In this document: positions 1 through 25,130 of the stretch, piece by piece
Numbering within the stretch: the stretch's first letter is position 1
Layout: each line of letters begins with the position of its first letter
From: the human T2T-CHM13v2.0 reference genome, Homo sapiens
Assembly (NCBI RefSeq): GCF_009914755.1
Contig: NC_060930.1
Reading direction: 5' to 3' (one strand)
DNA: 64,000 bases
Notes under the pieces: model-generated
Told to the model about the DNA's origin: nothing
Database searches by the model: none
What the model saw: the letters and a program-made list of their open reading frames with translations, nothing else
Program-made: the position numbers and the translations under genes

Positions 1-226
1 CCCTTTTCAGAAGCCCCCATTTTCACTCAACTCAGAGCAGCCTAACCAGGCTCCAGGCCTGAGAGGAGGAGTTCCTGAAAGCACCGACTTTTGTGCCTGG
101 CTCCTTCCCTGGGCTGGGCCTCCCCAGACCTCAGCACTTGCCCAGAGAATCCCCTTCAGGGCTGAATAATTTCATCCTAAGGAAAGAGGACAGCACATCG
201 AAGGCTTTGCATCATAGGTAGCTTAT

Positions 227-232
227 TTTATT
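227..232 (-). terminator. KHDC1L: KHDC1L polyadenylation signal AATAAA
   Basis: tttatt on + strand, ~180 nt downstream of the TGA stop; paralogous signal at 17998-18003. Confidence 0.75.
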
Positions 233-409
233 GGATTGCTTTGCCAATAACACTTCTAACACTCAGGAGACTTCCCTCAGACACATGCCTAGAAGGCCTG
301 AGAGGGGCAGGTCTGGCCACAAATTCAAACTTTCTTCAGTGTTTTTCATGTCTTTCTCACCAAAAGCGAAGCCAAGACTTCTCCTCTCATCCCCTCTTCC
401 CAGGGGAGA

Positions 410-501
410 TCAGTCTCCGGTGTACGGTGGCAGGCTAACGGAGGTGACCAGGTCATCATTGGTCAGGGGCTGGCTTCGGACACGCTCTAGCATCTTCAGA
501 C
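410..501 (-). CDS. KHDC1L: KHDC1L coding exon 3 (GLKMLERVRSQPLTNDDLVTSVSLPPYTGD*)
   Basis: Acceptor ttttgcAG at 503-502, phase 1; TGA at 412-410. 112+183+92 = 387 nt = 128 aa + stop. Confidence 0.93.
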
Positions 502-827
502 CTGCAAAAGAATTGCCTGGAGCTGAAGAACCAGAGTCCCATTACTGGGGCCCTTAGTAGGCCCAGACTCCACCAGGAAGGTTCCAGAGAGGATGTCACC
601 CCAGCCCAGGTCTTCCAAGGTAACCCATTTACTCCTCCCTGCTACCCTCTCCTCCCTGAGCAATCGCATGCCACAAAAATGAGCCCTTCCCTTCCCAATG
701 GACTCTGGGAAGCACCTGGATTCCCCAGCCACACAAGGGATTCTTCACGAATCCAAGATGCCACACAACACAGCCAGAACTCCACCATCAAGCCCTCCAC
801 CTCCACAGTTCGGCCAAGGATACCTAC

Positions 828-1010
828 CTCGAGCGTGACACTTGGAGTCCTGGCTCCCCACGCAATGGAACATGAGCAGCAGCCACTGCTTTGCCATTGG
901 TGGTCCGACTACAGTCACACGTGTCTGGCCTGTAGCTGTGAAACACCTCTCCAGCTGAATAAGGGTGTGGCTGTGCAGCTCAATGCAGCGAAGGTACGTG
1001 TCATCAAGTC
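828..1010 (-). CDS. KHDC1L: KHDC1L coding exon 2 (atypical KH domain, GLDDTYLRCIELHSHTLIQLE...KCHAR)
   Basis: Acceptor gcttacAG at 1012-1011, donor GTAGGT from 827; 183 nt, phase 1-1; matches ORF 745..1020. Confidence 0.95.
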
Positions 1011-1152
1011 CTGTAAGCACAAGAAGTGAGAAGAGAAACTGTCAGCCACCAGTCCTTGGGGAGTGAGGAGGTGGCCTTGAGGGTAGGGATGTGTGACTCA
1101 TGAAGGTGGGAGGAGAGGGGAAGATTGAAAATCGAGAAGGGGATGAAGGAGG

Positions 1153-1922
<770 letters not shown>

Positions 1923-1958
1923 CAGATGAAGGAGGGGACGTGGGCAAAGGCCACTCAC

Positions 1959-2070
1959 CGAAGATGAGCTCCTCCTGGTCCTCTTCCATGTGGAACACCA
2001 TTGGAGAATGAAAGTTTTCGGGCAGGGTCCACCACGGCTCCTTGCTGAGAGCACTCGTTCCCACGGCCAT
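1959..2070 (-). CDS. KHDC1L: KHDC1L coding exon 1 (MAVGTSALSKEPWWTLPENFHSPMVFHMEEDQEELIF-G)
   Basis: ATG at 2070-2068, donor G|GTGAGT from 1958; recognised KHDC1L N-terminus with PWW...P.VF...IFG family motif. Confidence 0.95.
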
Positions 2071-2458
2071 GCTGTGCTCCCACCTGATTCAGAATAGGGG
2101 AAAGTCTAACAAACTGGTTGGCAAAAGACTTGGAAAAGCGAGGAAGGGCCTAGGCTCTGTCCTTAAAAAGGGTTGTCCTTAATAAGGGTTGTTGGAATCC
2201 AAACAACCCGCCCCTTGATCCACCTTAGGGTGGATGTCCAATCCCCGGAGGTCTTCCCAAGATAATTCATTCCAAGTAATTATCTGCTCTGAGCTTAATT
2301 CTTTCAAGTCAAACTTAATCATCTGATAAGTGCTTGGCTTTCTGATGTCCTGGAATCAGAAATTTTTCTTCACTCTAAATTCAAAGAATTTTGGAGCAGG
2401 GGGTTGAGGGTATGGAGGTGCAGGAAGGCTCCAAATGGGCTCCCTAGATTTGCACAGG

Positions 2459-8320
<5,862 letters not shown>

Positions 8321-8489
8321 GAATTTTGGCTTGAACCAGGGAGTCGGAGGTTGCACTGAGCTGAGATCGCACCACTGCACTCCAGCCTGGCGACAGAGTG
8401 AGACTCGGTCTCAAAAAAAAAAAAAGAAAAAGAAAAAAAAGAAAAAAAATTTTTTTTTTTGAGACAAAGTTTCACTCTTGTTGCCCATC

Positions 8490-9475
8490 ACATAGCTTCT
8501 GCATAGCAAAAGAAACTATCCACGGAATAAACAGACAGCCTAAAGAAAATACTTGCAAACTATGCATCTGACAAAGGTCTAATATCCAGGATCTATAATG
8601 AACTTAAACAAATTTACAAGAGAAAAACAAACAGCCCCTTAAAATGTGGGCAAAGGGTATGAGCAAACAATTTCAAAAGACATACATGTGGCCAACAAGC
8701 ATATGAATAAAAGCTCAGTTTCACTGATCATTAGAGAAATGCAAATCAAAACCACAATGAGATGCCAACTCACACAAGTTAGAATGGCTATTATTTAAAA
8801 AGTCAAAAAATAACAGATGCTGGTGAGGTTGCAGAAAAAAAGGGAACACATACACTGTTGGTGGGAGTGTAAATTAGTTTAGCCATTGTGGAAAGCAGTA
8901 TAGTGATTCATCAAGCTGCTAAAAGCAGAAGTGCCATTCGACCCAGCAATCCCCTTACTGGGTATATACCCAGAAGAATATAAATCATTCTACCATAATG
9001 ACACATGCACATGAATGTTCATTGCAGCATGATTCACAATAGCAAGCACATAGGATCAACCTAAATATCCATCAATGACAGATTGGATAAAGAATATGTG
9101 GTACATATACACCATGGAACACTATGCAGCCATAACAAAAAGAATGAGATCATGTATTTTGTGGGAACATGGATGGAGCTGGAGGCCATTATATTTAGCA
9201 AACTAATGCAGCAAGAGAAAACCAAATACCACTTGTTCTCACTTACAAATGGGAGCTAAATGATGAGAACTCATGAACGCAAAGAAGGAAACAATAGACA
9301 CTGCGGTCTACTTGAGGGTGGAGGGTAAGAAAAGGGAGAGGAGCAGAAAAGATAAATAGTGACTAATGGGCTTAATACCTGGGTGATGAAATAATCTGTA
9401 CTACAAACCCCCATGACACTAGTCTACGTATGTAACCAACCTTCACGCGTACCCCCAAGCATAAGCGTTTTAAGA
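8490..9475 (+). mobile_element. L1 (older L1PA/L1PB) ORF2 3' end and 3' UTR fragment
   Basis: Diagnostic L1 text: gaaatgcaaatcaaaaccacaatgaga, cccagcaatccc..ttactgggtatataccc, atggatggagctggaggccatta. Confidence 0.9.
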
Positions 9476-10524
9476 AAATTATCTTTGGAAAATAACAAAC
9501 CACTTATGTAGTCAGCAGGGGTAGAGGAGAAGGCAACCAGCTAGGACCAGCTGGTGGCCCTGGAAAAATTATTCATGCATAATTATGAAAATAACATTAT
9601 CCAAAGTACCACATAGGACCACAAACACAGTTAGAAATAGTGTGCAGTGAGTTGTCTAATGCTAGTTATGCACAATCTTGGTTACCTCATATTTTAGAGC
9701 AATAAAAAAGGCAAGGTTTGCAAGTGTAACACATGGAGTAAGTAATCATCTTTATTTATTATATTCATGGGAAGGTGCACGCACACAGGAAGGAGAAGAG
9801 CCCTGGTGCTCTTAGCTTTGCCTGTCCCTGCTGGATGTGGACTCACAGCAAGACGGGCACATCTGAAACCAAAAGTGTCGATAATTTTCTGATGATAGAG
9901 GGTTTCCTGGTTTTGTTTTTCTTATTTGGTTTGTTTTTAGAGACAGAGTCTTGCCCTATTGCCCAGGCCAGAGAGTAGTGGCGCAATCATAGCTCACTGC
10001 AGTCTCAAACTCCCGAATTCAAGCAATCCTCCTGCCTCAGCCTCCCAAGTAGCTAGGACTACAAAAGTGCACCACGCCAACCAGCTAATTTGTTGCATTT
10101 TTGCTTTGGTTTGGTTTGGTTTTTTGTAGAGACAGGGTTTGCTATGTTGCCCAGGCAGGTCTCAAACTCCTGGGCTCAAGAGATCCTCCCGGCTCAGCCT
10201 CCAAAGCACTGGGATTATGGGCATGAGACACTGCACCCGGCCTGATTGTAGAGTTTTTAAAAAGCAGGAAAATGTTAATGAATATGCACTCAAATGAAAT
10301 ATAGGTTCTATTGCATCCTACATGAGTTTCTCAAGATTCCTTATACTTAAACAAATAGATAATCTATGAGAAATTGGCAGCTTCAAATTTATAGGTTTCA
10401 TTTAGCATGGCTTCTCCACTTCCCAAGTCATAAATCTATTTCTTATTCAGTGGCTCTATCACTCTGTCAATCTCTGGCTCACAGTTGCAGTTTTTCAACT
10501 CCCAGATGATGTCAAAATATAGAA

Positions 10525-10960
10525 GAATAGAACCCTGTTTAGTGCTGATGGACATTAACTTCTAACATCAATTTAACTCCAGGTGATTAGTTTAGACTAA
10601 TCGTGATAATCTCATTCCCCTTGCCAGTGATTGCTTTAGGAAATGGCACATGTCCCAATTTTGAAATGAAGTAAAACCTAAAGGAGGCTTCCAGCAGAGG
10701 TTGTCTCATTTCTGAAAAGAGACACAAAAAAGGACTCATATCTTCTTTCTTTCTCCTGGTGTTTATAACAGGATATGATTTTGGAAACGGCTACAAGTAT
10801 TTTGCTACCAACCCGAAGAGGAAGCCAACACGGGTGGAAGGGAGCCCTTGGCATAATATGCCTGGAATGTCTGCTATTGGCACTAATACAGTGCTTTATT
10901 AGCATCCAACTAGACAAGTGTTTCCTGTTATTTGCTGTTCAAATCATGCTACATGATTCT
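10525..10960 (+). mobile_element. Old ERVL-type solo LTR (LTR16/LTR33-like)
   Basis: cccttgccagtgattg...gcacatgtcccaattt and 3' tttcctgttatttgc..aaa motifs typical of the family; paralog at 26860-27320. Confidence 0.5.
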
Positions 10961-11242
10961 GGTCCCTTTTACATACTTCTCTCATTTTGATTGATTGAGC
11001 CCAGCAATGTTCCACTTTCCAAAGAGGGAGAATGAACTGTAGGTAACCAATGTTTTATCACATAAAACCTCAAGATTGAAAAACACAAAGTATGTCTTTA
11101 TTATTTTCATTTATAGCACTTTCCAAGTCATATAATATTAAGCATCAAAGAATTTATAATAAAAATGTGTATGCTCTATTGAGTACCAAAATACTAATAC
11201 TATAGAAAAATCCTGACCACTCCATCTGGTAGCCAACAATAA

Positions 11243-11470
<228 letters not shown>

Positions 11471-11854
11471 TAGAGACAAGGTCTCACCATCTTCTCAGGC
11501 TGATCTCAAACTCCCAGGCTCAAGCAATCCCCCTTCCTGTGCCTCCCAAATTGCTGGGATTACACATGTGAGCCACTCTGCCTGACCTCAAATGGATTTT
11601 TAAATGGTTTGCTTGTTTATCACAATGATTACTCATTCACTGATTGAGTAATCTGCCTTTCCACATTAATCTGAATCATCTTATCAAATATTAAATTTTT
11701 ATGCATATATGTGGGGGTATATTTGGTTTTCTATTCTATTCCATTGATTTGTCTTTCCATTCATGCATTAATAAAACACAGCCTTTTATTTACTGAAGTT
11801 TTGTACTATTTAGGACATAGATAGGACTAATGCTTTTCCTTTTTTTTCTTTTTT

Positions 11855-12813
<959 letters not shown>

Positions 12814-13079
12814 TAAAAAATCAAAAAACAAATTATTTTTTCTTACACATAAAATTATGTACAATTCATTTTGTGTTTATAAATAAAGTTATATTGGGAC
12901 AGTGCAGTACCATTCAGTTATGTATTCCCTCTGACTAATTTTGCACTGTAATCATTGAGTGAGTAGTTTCGACAGAGACTGCATGACACAGAACGTAAAA
13001 TATTTACTATCTGGCACTTTATAGAAAAAGCTTGCCTGACTGTTGCTCTGAATCACCAGGAAGAGCTAATTTACTTTGA

Positions 13080-13377
<298 letters not shown>

Positions 13378-13993
13378 TGATCAATCTGCCTTGGCCTCCC
13401 AAAGTCCTAGGATTACAGGTGTGAGCCACCTTGCCCAGCGGATACAATTTAATTTAAATTTTTTTTGTCATAGAACTGTGTACTTCCTTCAGTGCAAAAT
13501 AGCTGAATCTATGACTTTAGTATAGTTGCAACTCACTAAAAAGTGATTTCCTCACGTCCAAAATAGAATGAAAAGACATTAAAACATTTCTGATTGATAC
13601 GTTTATATTTTCCAGTGTACATTCAGTGATACTTAATAAATTAAGACAGGACTGAAACTTCACATGGGCTAGCTATAAAAGTTTTCCATCTAGTGGGCCA
13701 ATGATTGGCCTTATATATTACCTATAGTATTTTTCTCTACTATAGGTTCTCTGATTCAACATTAAGTCTAGTGTCCTTGATCATAATTTTTTATTTTATT
13801 ATATGTATTGGATTTCTCCCCAGTGTATTTCTCAGGTTTGACAGAAATATCACTGCAGGCCAGGCACAGTGGTTCACACATGTAATCCCAGCACTTTGGG
13901 AGGCCAAGGGGGACAGATCACTTGAGCTCAGGAGTTTAAGACCAGCCTGGCCAACATGGTGAAACCCCTTGTCTAAAAAAATTATAAAAATTA

Positions 13994-15340
<1,347 letters not shown>

Positions 15341-17997
15341 AATGAAAATGACATAGCTGATATTCAATTATTGGTTCAGTACAATAAAGAGTAGTTCCAC
15401 ATACAGAACATATCTTAAGGCTTCAGAGGACATTCTCTATGGGAAAATAAATATTGACCCTATTGAACAGGAAATATGGTAGCAAAACACACACACACAC
15501 AAATCCATTTAGCATCATTCTTGGTTTTTTGGTGTTTTTTTGCTTTGTTTTGTTTGTTTTTGAGATGGAGTCTCACTGTATCGCCCAGGCTGAAGTGCAG
15601 TAGCATGATCTTGGCTCACTGCAACCTCTGCTTCCCAGGTTCAACTGTTTCTCATGCCTCAGCCTCCTAAATAGCTAAGATTACAGGCATACGCCACCAC
15701 ACCCAGCTAATTTTTGTATTTTTCATAGAGACAGGGTTTTACCATGTTGGCCAGGGTGGTCTTGAACTCCTGACCTCAAGTGATCTGCCTGCCTCGCCTC
15801 CCAAAGTGCTAGGATTACATGTTTGAGCCATCGCACCTACCCTGTTGTTTTCTCTTTTTTTTTTTCCAGCTTCCCCATGAAAATACTTCAGACAGGGATC
15901 CTTCAGTGGGATCATTGCTTACAGCTCATTAGAAAATGACAGCTCAGCCGGGCGCAGTGGCTTACGTCTGTAATCCCAGCACTTTGGGAGGTTGAAGCAG
16001 GTGGATCACTTGAGGCCAATAGCTCGAGACCAGCCTGGCCAACATGGCAAAACCCCATCTCTACTAAAACTACAATAAATTAGCCAGGCGTGGTGGCATT
16101 CCTATAATCCCAGGGAGACTGATGCACCAGACTCGCTTGAACCTGGGAGACAGGGGTTGCAGTGAGCCGAGATCACGCCACTGCACTCTAGCCTGGGTGA
16201 CAGACCAAGATTCCATCTCAAAAAAAGAAGAGAAAAGAAAGACGAAAGAAAATGACAACTCAGACTCCTTAAACTGTACTAAGGTATACACAGACCTTTG
16301 CCAGAAGTTTGATTGGAGTTAGAAATACTATGGTACCTTTGACAATCATGAGACTTTTTCCCTAGGAAATTTTTAGTAAAAGCAATGTTGATTATTGTCC
16401 AAAGGTCAGGGATATACATTTATCTTTGTATGCCTAGCAAACTAGAATGTGCTTCACTTCTTTACAGGTTATTTTTATTTCAATATTAGAATACATTCCT
16501 AGCCATTAAAAAGAATTTCATGGCTGGGTGCGGTGGCTTACGCCTGTAATCCCAGCACTTTGGGAGGCTGAGGCAGGTGGATCATGAGGTCAGGAGATCG
16601 AGACCATCCTGGCTAACACGGTGAAGCCCCGTATCTACTAAAAATACAAAAAATTAGCTGGGCGTGGTGGCAGGCGCCTGTAGTCCCGGCTACTCAGGAG
16701 GCTGAGGCAGGAGAATGGCGTGAACCTGGGAGACAGAGCTTGCAGTGAACCGAGATCACGCCACTGCACTCCAGCCTGGGTGACAGAGCGAGACTCCATC
16801 TCAAAAATAAAATAAAATAAAATAAAATAAAATAAAAAGATGTTCATTCACTTTTCAACAAATAATTATTAAGGCACTGGGCTAGGCCTCAGGACTAACT
16901 GAACAATTCAATTCTAGAAAGAAAAAAGTGGCCATTTTGTGTAGACAATTTATTTTGGCAGTCTGTGTGACAGTCTGTAAACAACCTGAGTTTTTTTTGT
17001 TTTGTTTTTGTTTTGTTTTGTTTTTTTTGAGACAGAGTCTCACTCTGTCACCTATGCTGGAGTGTGGCGGTATGATCTTGGCTTACCGCAACCTCCGCCT
17101 CCTGGGCTCAAGCAATGCTGCAACCCCAGTGACCACCTTAAGCAGCTGGGATGACAGGTATGTGCCACCACACCAGGCTAATTTTTGTATTCTTGGATGA
17201 GACAGGGTTTCACCATGTTACCATGGTCTCCAACACCTGAGCCCTTCTCAGCCTCCCAAAGTGCTAGGATTACAGGCATGAGCCACAGCATTTGACTACT
17301 ATAACCTGAATTCTTTCGACATTTTCTCTAAGTGTTTTTCTACTGTGAATATGATCTTTTAACCTTTATTTGGTAATTGGCCTTCTGAAAACCATGTAAT
17401 TAGCAAATCTTGCTGGCTTCAAATTATTTTCCAAATTCAACCATTTCCTAACACTTCAACCACTCCACTCTGGTCCAAGTCACCATCGTCACTCTCCTAG
17501 AGTACTGCAATTGCCTCAATATAAGATGCAGGCTGCTGGAGAAGGGGCAAATTTGAAGAGGAAGAGTTCAGCTGAGGACAGGTTTAGCTTGCCATAATCT
17601 TGCCTAGACAGATCCAAATATAGACTTGGCAATCGGAGAACGTTCTTCAATGGAGATTCAGGAAGCCTTCGTATTTGATTTAATTCATGGCATGAGGGAC
17701 TTCAGAATCCATTGCTCCCTGAAAACCACCCCCTCCACCCCCACCCCCACCCCCACCCACAAACTTGGGCAATCAGGGACAAGGCTGGCTACCTCATGTT
17801 CACCAGCTTCCCTGGCTGCCTACTTCACCAGGCAGTTGTGGTGGGAACACCTTCCATCTCTGTCTGGACCCTTCCTCCCACCTTTCCATTCTCCCCATTT
17901 GTCTGCACTTTAAGGTGCAAGAAAACTCTGGGGTGAATAATTTCATCCTAAGGAAAAAGGACAGTACATCGAAGGCTTTGCATCATAGGTAGCTTAT

Positions 17998-18003
17998 TTT
18001 ATT
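17998..18003 (-). terminator. KHDC1: KHDC1 polyadenylation signal AATAAA
   Basis: tttatt ~190 nt after the TAA stop; paralogous to 227-232. Confidence 0.75.
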
Positions 18004-18191
18004 GGATTGCTTTGCCAATAACACTTTCTTACATTCAAGAGACTTCCCTCAGACATGTCTAGAAGACCTGAGAGGGACAGGTCCCGGCCACAAGTTCAAA
18101 CTTTCCTCAGTGTCTATCATGTCTTTCTCACCAAAAGTGAAGCCAAGATTTCTCCTCTCATCCCCACTTCCCAGGGGAGATCAGTCCTTAA

Positions 18192-18391
18192 TTACGGATA
18201 CAGTGAACTCAAATGGAAACCCGAACAACCAATCACTTGGTAAGGGGAAGGCTGAGGAACGCTAAGACACACGGTTCCACTTATCCTGGGAGCCAAAGAC
18301 AGGTCTCCAGTGTATGGTGGCACACTAATGGAGGTGACCAGGTCATCGTTGGTCAGAGGCTGGCTTCGGACACGTTCCAGCATCTCCAGGC
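18192..18391 (-). CDS. KHDC1: KHDC1 last coding exon (GLEMLERVRSQ...GFHLSSLYP*)
   Basis: Acceptor ttttgcAG at 18393-18392; TAA at 18194-18192; 200 nt; 112+183+200 = 495 nt = 164 aa + stop. Confidence 0.93.
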
Positions 18392-18717
18392 CTGCAAAAT
18401 AAGTGCCCAGGGCTAATGAACCAGGGCCCATAACTGGGGCCCATTGGCAGGCCTGGACTCCATCAGGGAGGCTGCAGGGAGGATGTCACCCCAGCCCAGA
18501 CCTTCCAAGGTAGCCCATTTACACCTCCCAGCTACCTCTCCACCTTAAGCAATCTCATGCCACAAAAAAAGATGAGCACTTTTCTTCCCAATGGACTCTG
18601 GGAAGCACTTGGATTCCCCAGCCACACAAGGGATTCTTCAAGAATCCAAGATGCTACACAACTTAGCCAGAACTCCACCACCAAGTCTAAAACCACAGTT
18701 CAGCCAAGGATACCTAC

Positions 18718-18900
18718 CTCGAGCATGATGATAGGAGTCCTGGCTCCCCACACAACAAAACATGTGCAGCAGCCACTGCCTTGCCCTGTGTGGTCCGACT
18801 ACAGTCACACGAGTCTGGCCTGTAGCTGTGAACCAACTCTCCAGCTGAATAAGGGTGTGGCTGTGCACCTCAATGCAGCGAAGGTATGTGTCACCATGCC
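18718..18900 (-). CDS. KHDC1: KHDC1 KH-domain exon (GHGDTYLRCIEVHSHTLIQLESW...YHHAR)
   Basis: Acceptor gctcacAG at 18902-18901, donor GTAGGT from 18717; 183 nt, phase 1-1. Confidence 0.95.
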
Positions 18901-19068
18901 CTGTGAGCATAAGAGGTGAGAGGAGGTTCTGTCAAGCACCAGCCCTTAGGGAATGGGGAGGTGGCCTTCAGGGTAGGAATATGTGACTGATGAAGGTGGG
19001 AGGGGAGAGGAAGAGTGAAAACTGAGAAGACAAGGATGAAGAAGGGGACGTGGGCAAAGGCCACTCAC

Positions 19069-19193
19069 CGAAGATGAGCTCCTCCTGGTCCTCTTCCATG
19101 TGAAACACCATTGGTGCATGAAAGTTTTGAGGCAGGGTCCACCACGGCTTCTTGCTGAGAGCACTCGTTCCCATGTCCATGCTCTGCTCCGAC
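19069..19193 (-). CDS. KHDC1: KHDC1 exon (SEQS-MDMGTSALSKKPWW...LIF-G); ATG of the 164-aa form at 19180; the longer form splices in from exons outside the window
   Basis: Acceptor tgtatcAG at 19195-19194, donor GTGAGT from 19068; 112 nt from ATG to donor, as in KHDC1L. Confidence 0.93.
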
Positions 19194-19566
19194 CTGATAC
19201 AGAATAGGGCCAAGTCCAAGCAACTGGTTGGCAAAAGACTTGGAAAAGTGAGGGAGGGCCTAGGCTCTGTCCTTAACATAGGAACCCAACAACCTGCCCC
19301 TTGAACTACCTTAGGGTGGGTGTACAATCCCGGTATCTCTTCCCAAGATAATTCATTCCAAGTAATTATCTGTTCTGAGCTTAATCCTTCATGCCAAACT
19401 TAATCATCTGATTAGTGCTTGCCTTTCTGATGCCCCGGAATCAAAATTTTTTCTTCATTCTAAATTCAAAGGATTTTGGAGCAGATCTACTGGGTATGAA
19501 CCAGGACAGGGGTTGAGGGATGGAGGTGCAAGAAGGCTCCAAATGGGCTCCCTAGATTTGCACAGG

Positions 19567-20021
19567 TGCTGGCAGTCACCCAATGACCAGAGTGTATTCC
19601 AACAAGACGGGGTTTGTTTGGTGTGCTGCATCAAGGGAGAGCAAACAACACGGGAAAATACACTTTACACAAACAGAAGAATGTTGTAGGGAGCCAATCG
19701 TAGGAGTTGACTGGGTGAGTCTAAGGAGTGTTTAGGGTGTAGCGGCCAGTTTTCTAAAATGGGGCAATTTGGTGATTATCCTGGTAAATTTATCTAGGAA
19801 GGGAAGTAAAGAGATTAATGTGGTCTTCATTGTGGAATGTTCTCTCTCTCTGGTTTCAAATATAGTTACAGATGGACTTTTTACACCTTGTTGCATGACA
19901 ATCACTGAGCAACCTTGACTGGTTAAAATATTTAGCAGGAGATGTTTATGTTTGGTAGGGAAGATTCAACTATGCCTGTCAGCTCCCAACTGTGAGTTCC
20001 TAGGTGCTTTTTCACTCTTCA
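19567..20021 (-). mobile_element. Ancient ERV1-class 3' LTR (uninterrupted paralog of 2459-3208)
   Basis: 455 bp, TG...CA on minus strand, preceded by a degenerate PPT; collinear with copy A. Confidence 0.65.
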
Positions 20022-23877
<3,856 letters not shown>

Positions 23878-24636
23878 TGATCACCCACCTCAGCCTCCCA
23901 AAGTGCTGAGATTACAGGTATGAGCCAACACGCCCAGCCCAACATGTTTTAGAATAGAGTAGTAGTGGTTGAAATGTATTGGGATGTATTTTGAAGACAG
24001 AGCCCTCAGGACTTTCTGATTTCAAGATTTGGGGCAAGTAGCTCCAAAATAAAATGTTTTTAAAAATTTGATTCCATACTTCCCCCAGTGCCTTTCCACC
24101 TCTTCCTCCTGCAGCTGTGGCAGCAGCACAGCAGTTACCCCAACCTGAGGCTGCTCCCTGGGTAATACCCATAGGCCTCCTCAGCTGAGCCCCTTTCTGT
24201 GCCCCACAGACATCCATTTGAAACAATCAAGTGGACGGCCGGGCACTGTGGCTCACGCCTGTAATCCCAGCACTTTGGGAGGCTGAGGCAGGCAGATCAC
24301 CTGAGGTCAGGAGTTCATAGACCAGCCTAGCCAGCATGGTGAAACCCCGTCTCTACTAAAAATACAAAAATTAGCCGGGCATAGTGGCACGCATCTGTAA
24401 TCTCAGCTACTCGGGAGGCTGAGGTAGGAGAATGGCTTGACCTGGGAGGCAGAGGTTGCAGTGAGTGGACATTGCACCACTGCACTCCAGCTTGGGAAAT
24501 AGAGCAAGACTCTGTCTCAAAAAAAAAAAAAAAAAAAGAGAGAGAGAATCAAGTGGAAGTGGTAGCCCCTTGCAAGAAGGAGATTCAGTCACACTTGCTG
24601 CTTCCCTCAGTCAAAAAGCAGGGTGCAGCAAGCTAG

Positions 24637-24654
24637 GACCACCAGGTGGCCCTG
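24637..24654 (+). promoter_or_regulatory. Candidate CTCF site (CCACCAGGTGGC)
   Basis: Near-consensus CTCF core at 24639-24650; motif only. Confidence 0.5.
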
Positions 24655-24954
24655 GGAAAACACTAACACCCACTCACACCTTTCCTGTTGCAGGCTGTTT
24701 CCCCCAGAGTGGAGAGAAATGTGAATGCCTCCAACAAGTCTGTTCAGGGACAGCAGTGGAGTCCCAGACCTGGCATCAGGTCCTGGTCCTCCCTCCAGGT
24801 AAGGCATCGAGACTGGCTATATTGGGTTTTGCTAGTGGGAGACAGACCTGAGGAGGGAGCCTGGGTGGACTATTGTGAGAAATATGAGACCACATGTGCA
24901 TCTCCTGGAAAATCATTTTGCACAGTCCTGAGATTGAGAGCGTGGAGCATCCCC

Positions 24955-25130
24955 CTTCCTGCTCCCTCTTCCCTTCCCCTCTCTCCTCTGTCTTCTACTT
25001 TAATCCGATGTTCCACTTCTCTCTCTGTCTCTCTCTCTCTCTCTCTCCTCTATCTGTCTCTCTCTCCTCTCTCTTCTCTCTCATCTTCCCTTCTTCCCCC
25101 TCCTTCCTCTCTCCCTCCTGGTTTTCTTTC
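24955..25130. repeat. (CT)n / pyrimidine-rich low-complexity tract
   Basis: ctctctgtctctctctctctctctctcctc... read directly. Confidence 0.9.

Noticed and set aside
231-1029. Plus-strand ORFs over KHDC1L (and 18002-18919 over KHDC1)
   Set aside because: Antisense shadows of the real minus-strand exons, introns and UTR.
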